The position numbers were made by a program, and so were the translations under genes. The notes below the pieces were generated by a model. It had not been told where the DNA came from and searched no databases. It saw only the letters and a list, made by a program, of their open reading frames with translations. Below are positions 56,817 to 64,000 of a DNA stretch of 64,000 nt, in pieces. Source of the stretch: Candidatus Marinacidobacterium sp. (lineage in GTDB: Bacteria; Acidobacteriota; Vicinamibacteria; Marinacidobacterales; Marinacidobacteraceae); assembly GCA_965204755.1 (NCBI GenBank), contig OZ242011.1, positions 1,248,001 through 1,312,000 of the forward strand, written 5' to 3'. Position 1 is the stretch's first letter. Every line of letters begins with the position of its first letter.

Positions 56817-58946
56817 ATGACCAGAATCACCCCCCGGCTGGCCGCCGGCGCGGCGGTGGCGTTCGCCATCGGCTGCGGCGGCGGGAACGAGAGCGAGATG
56901 ACCGACAACCCCTTCCTCTCCGAAAGCACCCTCCCCTACCACCTGCCGCCGTTCGACCGGATCGAGGACGCGCACTTCCGCCCCGCCTTCGAAGCCGGGA
57001 TGGAGGCGCACCTCGCCGAAGTCGAAGCCATCGCCGCCTCCGGGGAAGCGCCGACTTTCGAGAACACGCTGGTGGCGCTGGAGCGGTCCGGGCGGCTGCT
57101 CGACCGGGTGGCCCGGACCTTCTTCAGTTTGGCCTCGGCGGACACGAACGAGGAGATCAACGCCATCCGCGCGGAGATGGCGCCTCGACTGGCGGCGCAC
57201 GCCGACGCCGTCCTGCTGGACGCCGACCTGTTCCGTCGGGTGGAGACCCTCTACGGGCAGCGCGCCGACCTGGGCCTCGGTCCGGAAGAGGTGCGTCTGG
57301 TCGAGCGCCACCACCGTGACTTCACCCGCGCCGGCGCGCGGCTCGCCGACCCGGAGAAGGAGCGGATGCGGGAGATCAACGCGGAGTTGGCCTCGCTCTC
57401 CGCCGAGTTCTCGGACAACACCCTGGACGAAGTGAACGCCTCGGCGATCGAGGTGGAGACCGCCGCCGAACTCGCCGGACTCTCCGAGGGCGAGATCGCA
57501 GCGGCCGCCGAAGCGGCGAAGGAACGAGGCGCCGAGGGCCGGTATGTCCTCGCGCTCCTGAACACCAGCGGCCAGCCGGCGCTCGCTTCATTGGAGGATC
57601 GCGCGCTCCGGGAGCGGATCATGAAGGCGTCCCTCGCCCGGGGCAGCAGCGGGGGCGAGCGCGACAACCGGGAAGTCATCGTCCGCATCGCCGCGCTCCG
57701 CGCCGAACGGGCGGCCCTGCTCGGCTACCCGAACCACGCCGCCTTCGTCCTCGAGGAACAGACCGCGCAGACCCTGGAAGCCGTCGACGAACGGCTGGCC
57801 GGCCTCACGCCGGCGGCCGTGGCGAACGCCCGGCGGGAGCGGGACGCGCTGGAGGCGCTCGCTCGCGCCGAGGGGGACGACCTCGACATCGCCGCCTGGG
57901 ATTGGTCGTACTACACGGAGAAACTGCGCGCGGAGCGCTTCGACTTCGACGAATCGCAACTGAAGCCCTACTTCGAAGTGGACGGCGTTCTGGAGAACGG
58001 CGTCTTCCACGCCGCCGCCCGCCTCTACGGCCTCCGGTTCGAGGAGCGCCCCGATCTTCCCGCCTACCACCCCGATGTCCGCATCTGGGAGGTCTTCGAG
58101 GAGGACGGGACGCCGCTCGGCCTGTTCCTCGGCGACTTCTACGCCCGGCCCTCGAAACGGGGCGGCGCCTGGATGAACGCCTATGTCCCGCAGTCGGGCC
58201 TCTTCGGGACGAAACCGGTCGTGGCGAACCACCTGAACATCCCCAAACCGCCGGAAGGCGAGCCGACGCTGCTGACCTTCGACGAAGTCATCACCCTGTT
58301 CCACGAGTTCGGCCACGCCCTCCACGGACTGTTCTCCTCGGTCCGCTATCCCACCTTCGCCGGCACTTCGGTGCCGCGCGACTTCGTGGAGTACCCCTCG
58401 CAGGTGAACGAGATGTGGGCCACCTGGCCGGAGGTGCTGCAAAACTACGCCGTCCACCACGAGACCGGCGAACCCATCCCGGCCGACCTCCTGGAACGCG
58501 TGCTCTCGGCCCGGACCTTCAACCAGGGCTTCGCCACCACGGAATACCTGGCGGCGACGCTGCTCGACCTCGCCTGGCACCGGCTGACGCCGGCGGAGGT
58601 CCCCGAGGCGTCCGGGGCGCTCGCCTTCGAGGAGTCCGCGCTCGAAGCCGCCGGGGCGTCGTTCGCCCCGGTCCCGCCACGCTACCGCAGCACCTACTTC
58701 TCCCACATCTGGAGCAGCGGCTACTCCGCCGGTTACTACTCCTACATCTGGAGCGAGGTGCTCGACGCCGACTCGGTGGAATGGTTCCGGGAGAACGGCG
58801 GCCTCACCCGCGAGAACGGCGACCACTTCCGCCGGACGCTCCTGTCGAAGGGCGGCAGCGTGGAGGCGATGGACCTCTACCGCGCCTTCCGGGGACGGGA
58901 CGCCGAAGTCGAACCGCTGCTGGAGCGCCGCGGCCTCGGCGGCTGA
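56817..58946 (+). CDS. dcp: M3-family metallopeptidase (peptidyl-dipeptidase Dcp-like), lipoprotein
   Basis: KRGGAWM, TLFHEFGHALH, DFVEYPSQ..E, YSAGYYSY.WSEVLDAD. Confidence 0.92.
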   Translation: MTRITPRLAAGAAVAFAIGCGGGNESEMTDNPFLSESTLPYHLPPFDRIEDAHFRPAFEAGMEAHLAEVEAIAASGEAPTFENTLVALERSGRLLDRVARTFFSLASADTNEEINAIRAEMAPRLAAHADAVLLDADLFRRVETLYGQRADLGLGPEEVRLVERHHRDFTRAGARLADPEKERMREINAELASLSAEFSDNTLDEVNASAIEVETAAELAGLSEGEIAAAAEAAKERGAEGRYVLALLNTSGQPALASLEDRALRERIMKASLARGSSGGERDNREVIVRIAALRAERAALLGYPNHAAFVLEEQTAQTLEAVDERLAGLTPAAVANARRERDALEALARAEGDDLDIAAWDWSYYTEKLRAERFDFDESQLKPYFEVDGVLENGVFHAAARLYGLRFEERPDLPAYHPDVRIWEVFEEDGTPLGLFLGDFYARPSKRGGAWMNAYVPQSGLFGTKPVVANHLNIPKPPEGEPTLLTFDEVITLFHEFGHALHGLFSSVRYPTFAGTSVPRDFVEYPSQVNEMWATWPEVLQNYAVHHETGEPIPADLLERVLSARTFNQGFATTEYLAATLLDLAWHRLTPAEVPEASGALAFEESALEAAGASFAPVPPRYRSTYFSHIWSSGYSAGYYSYIWSEVLDADSVEWFRENGGLTRENGDHFRRTLLSKGGSVEAMDLYRAFRGRDAEVEPLLERRGLGG

Positions 58947-59017
58947 CGCCCGGGGCCCGCGCCGGCCGGGAGAGCGCCGGGCGCGGGCCGCCCCGCAGCG
59001 CCTTGCCGGCCGGCGCC

Positions 59018-60211
59018 TTACTGCTCGCGGAGGGCGCCGACGACGCTCCGGCGGGCGGCGCTGATCGCCGGGAACAGGCCGCCGACCGCGCCGATGAACA
59101 GCGCCAGCGTGATGCCCTGGGCGAGGAGCGCGGCGTTGACCTCGAAGGCGAACGCCACCTGGCTGAACGAGGCGAAGTTGATCGTCGCCGCCCGGAACCC
59201 GTCGAACAGCAGGTAGGAGGCGCCGCCGCCCACCAGGGCGCCGAGGAGGGCGAACACCAGCGACTCGACGATCACCGAGAACACCACCGGCAGCCGCGCG
59301 AAACCGAGCGCCCGCAGCGTGGCGATCTCCCGCGACCGCGTGGAGACGGCGGCGTACATGGTGTTCAGCGCGGCGAACACCGCGCCGGCCGACATCATGG
59401 AGACGATGATCCAGCCGAGCGCCGAGATGAAGATCTCCATCGGCCGGGACTGCGCCGCCAGGTACTCGGTCTCCCGCTCGGCGCCCACATTGAGCCGGGG
59501 ATCGTCGTCGAGCGCCGCCGAGAAGCCGTCGAACGCCGCGGCGTCGGTCAGCCGGACGAAGGCGGCGTTGTACGAGTTGCCGCGCCGATACGCCTGCTGC
59601 AGCATCCGCGTGTCGGTCCAGATCTCCGACTCGGAGACCCCGCCGCCGGCGAACCGGCCGACCACTTCCCAGGAACTGCGGCCCACGGCGATCCGGTCCC
59701 CCACCAGGAGTCCCTCGAAGGCGGCGGCCGCCCCCTGCCCGACGATCACTTCGTTGCGGCCTTCCTCGAACATCCGACCCTCGACGATCTCGAGGTTGTC
59801 GCGCACGGCGAAGGCCGCCGCTTCGACCCCTCTGAGGGGCACATTGGCGTCCGTGCCGGCGCCGATCTTCTTGCGGTCGATGATGACGAAGAGTTCCGGG
59901 GACACGAGCGCGCCGCTCGGGCCCCGGGCCACGCCGGGCGCCTCTTCGATCGCCTCGATGTCCTGCCGGGAGAGGATGCTGACCGACTCGCCGGTCGAGC
60001 CCGACCGCAGGACGACCGCCACCTCGTCCCGGGCCTGCCCGGTCACCACCGAGCGGAACCCGGCGGCGATGGAGAGCACGGCCACGAGCACCCCGACCAC
60101 CCCGGCGATGCCGAAGACGGCGACGACGGAGACCCCCCGCCGCTCCCAGATCGTCTCCAGGTTGTAGCGGGCGACCGCCCGGCACTGCCTCAGGAAAGAA
60201 CCGAAACGCAT
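59018..60211 (-). CDS. ABC transporter permease (MacB/FtsX family)
   Basis: GRMF..G.NEVIVG, NTMYAAV..R.REIATLRALGF, FPA..AAR. Confidence 0.9.
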   Translation of the reverse strand: MRFGSFLRQCRAVARYNLETIWERRGVSVVAVFGIAGVVGVLVAVLSIAAGFRSVVTGQARDEVAVVLRSGSTGESVSILSRQDIEAIEEAPGVARGPSGALVSPELFVIIDRKKIGAGTDANVPLRGVEAAAFAVRDNLEIVEGRMFEEGRNEVIVGQGAAAAFEGLLVGDRIAVGRSSWEVVGRFAGGGVSESEIWTDTRMLQQAYRRGNSYNAAFVRLTDAAAFDGFSAALDDDPRLNVGAERETEYLAAQSRPMEIFISALGWIIVSMMSAGAVFAALNTMYAAVSTRSREIATLRALGFARLPVVFSVIVESLVFALLGALVGGGASYLLFDGFRAATINFASFSQVAFAFEVNAALLAQGITLALFIGAVGGLFPAISAARRSVVGALREQ

Positions 60212-60261
60212 CGTCGTCCTCTTCGCACCCGGGGTGTTCGGTCGGTGATCGGGCCCGCCGC

Positions 60262-61422
60262 CTACAGTCGGCGGAGCGCGAACGCGGGGCGGAGGCGCAT
60301 CGCCCGCCGAGCCGGGAAGACCCCGGTGACGAGCCCGGTGAGGAACGCCAGCGCGATGCCGAGGAGGATGTCCTGCGGGCGGAGGAAGAGACCCGGGAAG
60401 TAGGTCGCGAGAGTCGGGCGCAGCGCGGCGGCGATCCCCGAGGCGAGGAGCAGCCCGAAGAGTCCCGCCGTGGTGGAGAGCGCCACCGACTCCAGGAGGA
60501 TGAGCCGCATCACCCGGTTCGAGGTGAAACCCACCGCCTTGAGCAACCCGATCTCGCCGACGCGCTCCCGGACCGACTGGGCCATCGTGTTGCCGGCCAC
60601 CAGCAGGACGGTGAAGAACACCGCGCCGAGGATCGAGGTCACGATGAGCCCGATGTTGCCGATCTGGTTGGCGAAGCCGGCGGCGAACGCGCCCTCCGGC
60701 TCGCTCTTGGTTTCGGCTTCGGAGTTGCGGAACAGCGTGTCTATGGCCTCCGCGGTCTCGGCCGCGCGGTCCGGATCGGCGATCCGCACCATGTACCAGC
60801 CGACGGTTCCGCGTCCGAAACTCCGGGCCTCGTCGAAGAAGTCGTAGCGGAACAGGAACTGGGTCTGGTCGAAGCCCTCGACCTCGGAGTCGTAGATCCC
60901 CACCAACTCGAACTCCCAAGCCGCGTCTCCCCGTCCCTGCTGCGTCCAGATCGTCGGGCGGATCGGGATCCGGTCGCCGACCTCCCAGCCGTACCGTTCG
61001 GCGTTCGCCCGGCCGGTGACCGCCCCGTTCCGGGTCTCGATCCAGCGCGCCTTCTCCTCCTCGGTGAGTCGGACTTCCGGATACATGTCGAGGTATTCGG
61101 CCGGGCGCACCGGCGACTGCATGAAGAAGTTGGACGGATCCTGATAGACCCCGCCGAACCAGGTCATGTGGACCGCGTCCACCACGCCGTCCAAACTCTC
61201 GATGTCCGCCTCGTAGGACTCGGGCAGCATCTGGAAAAGCGAGACCCGGTGGCGGACCACCAGCCGGTCTTCGTTCGCGATGTCCACGCCGGCGGCGAGC
61301 GCCACCCGCAGCATCGCCAGGACGCCGAAGATCAGGAAGGCGAAGAGGACCGAGGAGAAGGTGAGGAAGGTGCGGGTCTTCTTGCGCCGGAGGGCGGCGC
61401 CGATCAGCGGGAGCGAACTCAC
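60262..61422 (-). CDS. ABC transporter permease (MacB/FtsX family)
   Basis: R.K.RT.LT, NTMAQSVRER..EIG.LKA.GF, FPA.RA.RL. GTGA overlap with the ATPase gene. Confidence 0.9.
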   Translation of the reverse strand: MSSLPLIGAALRRKKTRTFLTFSSVLFAFLIFGVLAMLRVALAAGVDIANEDRLVVRHRVSLFQMLPESYEADIESLDGVVDAVHMTWFGGVYQDPSNFFMQSPVRPAEYLDMYPEVRLTEEEKARWIETRNGAVTGRANAERYGWEVGDRIPIRPTIWTQQGRGDAAWEFELVGIYDSEVEGFDQTQFLFRYDFFDEARSFGRGTVGWYMVRIADPDRAAETAEAIDTLFRNSEAETKSEPEGAFAAGFANQIGNIGLIVTSILGAVFFTVLLVAGNTMAQSVRERVGEIGLLKAVGFTSNRVMRLILLESVALSTTAGLFGLLLASGIAAALRPTLATYFPGLFLRPQDILLGIALAFLTGLVTGVFPARRAMRLRPAFALRRL

Positions 61423-62141
61423 GCCGCCGGGGCCGCGGCCAACCGGCCGTCTTCGAGGTGGAGGGTGCGCGAAGCGCGCGCCGCCGCCAACGGGTCGTGG
61501 GTGACCATCAGGATGGTCTTGTCGTGTTCCCGGTTCAGCGCCGACAGGAGGTCGAGGATCTCCCCGGTGGTCACCCGGTCGAGGTCGCCGGTCGGCTCGT
61601 CGCACACCAGGAGCGCCGGGTCGGCCACGATCGCGCGGGCGATCCCGACCCGCTGCTGTTCTCCGCCCGAGAGTTCGCGGGGGTAGTGCGCGCCCCGGTC
61701 GGAGAGCCCCACGATGTCGAGCGCGATCTCCACCCGGCGGCGCCGCTCCTTCCGGGAGAGCGAAGTGAGCAGCAGCGGCACCGCGACATTCTTCCGGGCG
61801 TTCAGCGCCCCGAGCAGGTTGGCGAACTGGAACACGAACCCGACCTGGCGCGAGCGCCAGGCGGCCAGCCGGCGCTCGGACAGCCGGTGGATCGCCGCGC
61901 CTCCGACGACGACCTCCCCCTCTCCCGGCCGGTCGAGACCGGCGACCAAGTTCAGGAGCGTGGACTTCCCCGATCCGGAAGGCCCCATCAACGCCAAGAA
62001 CTCACCCCGTTCCATGGAGAGGCTCAGGCCGCGGAGCACCGGCACGGTCCTCTTCCCCTGGCGGAAGACGCGGGTCACTTCCCGGACTTCCACCATCGGC
62101 GATCCCGCCTCGGCCGGCGGCGCCGGCGTCTCGTCACTCAT
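61419..62141 (-). CDS. ABC transporter ATP-binding protein (LolD/MacB-like)
   Basis: GPSGSGKS, LSGGEQQRV, CDEPTG.LD, MVTHD. Confidence 0.95.
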   Translation of the reverse strand: MSDETPAPPAEAGSPMVEVREVTRVFRQGKRTVPVLRGLSLSMERGEFLALMGPSGSGKSTLLNLVAGLDRPGEGEVVVGGAAIHRLSERRLAAWRSRQVGFVFQFANLLGALNARKNVAVPLLLTSLSRKERRRRVEIALDIVGLSDRGAHYPRELSGGEQQRVGIARAIVADPALLVCDEPTGDLDRVTTGEILDLLSALNREHDKTILMVTHDPLAAARASRTLHLEDGRLAAAPAA

Positions 62142-62181
62142 TCCGGTGATTCCTTCCCGTTTGCGATCCGGATCCTCCGGC

Positions 62182-63450
62182 TCAGCCGGAGGCGTTCGAC
62201 CCTTCGGCGGTTTCCTCGACCACTTCCGCGCCGTCGGCGAGTTCCGCCGGGCCGGCCACCACGACTCGATCCCCTTCCGCCAGACCGGAAAGGACGAACA
62301 CCTCGTCTTCCCGCGGATCCCCGAGCCGCACGGCGCGCCGCTGCACCCGGCCGGCGCGAACCAGGTACACCAGGTCGCGGCCGGTGTCCGCGAACACCGC
62401 GGCCCGGGGCACGAGCAATCCGCCGGCGGTCTGCCGCGGCGCCGCTTCCGTAGCGCGGAAACTCACCCGGACGCCCATGTCCGGCAGGATTCGCGGCTCG
62501 AGTTCCTCGAACCCGATCCGCACGCGCACGGTGGCCCGATCCCGGTCGGCGGTGGGGATGATGGCGATCACCCGCGCGGGAATCTCCGAGTCCGGGTAGG
62601 AGTCGAGCACCGCCGCCACCGGCTGGCCGGGAGACACCCGGTTGATGTACGCCTCGTTCACATCCACTTCGATTTCCCGCGAGTCCATGTCCACGATGGT
62701 GCCGATTCCGGTGCGGGTGAATCCGGCGCCGCCGGCGATCGGCGACATCATCTCGCCGGGCTGGGCGTTCTTGGCGGTGATCACGCCGTCGAACGGCGCG
62801 CGAACCACCGTGTCCTCGATCTGCTGGCGGATCACATCCACCTGGCGCTCCGCCACGGCGATGTCCTCCCGCTGGCGGTTCCGCCGGGCTTCGAGGGTCG
62901 CCACCTCGCCGTCCACGGCGTCGAGGTCCGCCTGTCCGAGCACCCGCTCCGCCACCAGGCGGCGGGTCCGCTCCTGGCGCAGCCCGGCTTCCGCGATCTG
63001 CGCCTCCACTTCGAGCAGCGACTTCCGGGCCGAGTCCGCCTGCGCTTCGGCCAGGCGAAGGCTCCGTTCCAGGTTCGAGGAGTCCAGCCGCGCCAGCACC
63101 TGCCCGGCGGTGACCGCCATCCCCTCCTCGATGGAGACCTCGGTGATCTGCCCGGCCATCTTCGAGGACACCGTGGCCTGCCGCCGGGCGGTCACATAGC
63201 CGCTCGCGTTCAGCACCGTGGTCCCCGCCGACATCGCCGCGGCCCGCACCCGGGCGGTGCGGACGACGACGGCCTCCGGCTCCCGGCCGAAGAGGAACGC
63301 CGCCGCGACCACGCCGGCGAGCGCGAGCGCGCCGCCGAAGACCGCGGTCCAGAGCGCGATCCGGCCGGAACCGCGCTCCTCTTCCTCGATCTTCAGTTCG
63401 CCGAGCCGGGTGGCGGCCCGGGCCCCGGGCCGGTGTTCGGCGTCGGTCAT
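62182..63450 (-). CDS. Efflux periplasmic adaptor subunit (MFP/MacA-like)
   Basis: ASGYV.ARR, V..GQVLARLD, coiled coil, VRAPFDGVI, SGL..GD.VV. Confidence 0.92.
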   Translation of the reverse strand: MTDAEHRPGARAATRLGELKIEEEERGSGRIALWTAVFGGALALAGVVAAAFLFGREPEAVVVRTARVRAAAMSAGTTVLNASGYVTARRQATVSSKMAGQITEVSIEEGMAVTAGQVLARLDSSNLERSLRLAEAQADSARKSLLEVEAQIAEAGLRQERTRRLVAERVLGQADLDAVDGEVATLEARRNRQREDIAVAERQVDVIRQQIEDTVVRAPFDGVITAKNAQPGEMMSPIAGGAGFTRTGIGTIVDMDSREIEVDVNEAYINRVSPGQPVAAVLDSYPDSEIPARVIAIIPTADRDRATVRVRIGFEELEPRILPDMGVRVSFRATEAAPRQTAGGLLVPRAAVFADTGRDLVYLVRAGRVQRRAVRLGDPREDEVFVLSGLAEGDRVVVAGPAELADGAEVVEETAEGSNASG

Positions 63451-63510
63451 TCGTCGAAGCGGAAGTCGTCCGGGAAGGTCGGCGAGAGAGGGGGAGGGGG
63501 TCGCCCGCCC

Positions 63511-63555
63511 GCGTCCGGGAGGCGTCCGGAAGGCGTCCGGAAGGCGTCCGGGAAG
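63511..63555. repeat. Tandem repeat, four copies of 11-12 bp GCGTCCGG(G)A(A)G
   Basis: gcgtccgggag gcgtccggaag gcgtccggaag gcgtccgggaag. Related copies near 63468 and 63600. Confidence 0.8.
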
Positions 63556-63693
63556 GCCACTACGCCGCCCGCGCGCCGAGGTTCCCGACCGGAGGGCCGG
63601 TCCGGGAAGCCGTCCGCCCGCCGTTTCGCCGGTTGGCTCCGCCGGAAGTCTCGGGCGTCCCCGCCCCCGTCCTACTCCCCGGCGGGAGGAACC

Positions 63694-64000
63694 TTACGCG
63701 CCCGCGTCGGCGGCGGGCGCCGACTCCCCGTCGGAGCCGGGCGGGGGACGGCGGGCGACCGGGACTTCCGCCGGAAGAAGCAGGAAGACGCCGTAGCCGC
63801 GGCAGACCGGATCGGAGACATAGTCGGCGAGCAGCGCCCGCGCCCGGAAACCGAGACGGAGTTGGACGCTGACCGTGGGGTCGAAAGTCTCCCCGGCGAC
63901 CACTCGCCGGTAGTACTCCTCGGCCGGGAGGCGGTCGGCCACCGCGCCGTAACCGCTCAGCAGCCCCACGGTGACTTGACCGGAGAGCCCGCGCCGCTGC
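63694..64000 (-). CDS. 3' part of a GNAT-like acetyltransferase
   Basis: L.GY......AEEY...V..GE..DPTVS.QL..GF....L..Y..DP...YG pattern. Runs off the window edge. Confidence 0.6.
   Translation of the reverse strand, partial: QRRGLSGQVTVGLLSGYGAVADRLPAEEYYRRVVAGETFDPTVSVQLRLGFRARALLADYVSDPVCRGYGVFLLLPAEVPVARRPPPGSDGESAPAADAGA

Overview
A 64 kb, very GC-rich bacterial window. The GWxTD protein, Oar-type TonB-dependent receptor, sulfatase-TPR and Gld-type ABC cluster suggest Acidobacteriota; this is an inference. Most of the window is envelope, transport and metabolism genes. The main candidate for a new system is a ~8.4 kb island (about 7.5-15.9 kb). It carries a translationally coupled operon (C5-cytosine methyltransferase, GHKL-type ATPase, unknown protein, DUF6339-like protein with an in-frame TGA, Vsr) that converges on a Dam-family adenine methyltransferase. 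An IS1634-family element sits in the island, flanked by a 285-bp direct repeat that leaves both overlapped genes with a full-length copy. Other signals: near-absence of AGCT and ACGT across the window, with substitutions matching 5mC deamination; a 12-bp-phased GACA array over the promoter of a Fic-wHTH gene; a tandem family of fused and split metzincin/Cys-rich-domain proteins including a catalytically dead copy; a Panacea antitoxin coupled to a 2-TM protein; an AbiEii toxin and an Ldh_2 enzyme with lost catalytic residues; and many apparently leaderless genes. No rRNA, tRNA or CRISPR array was recognised. All family assignments come from motifs read by eye, not from database searches.
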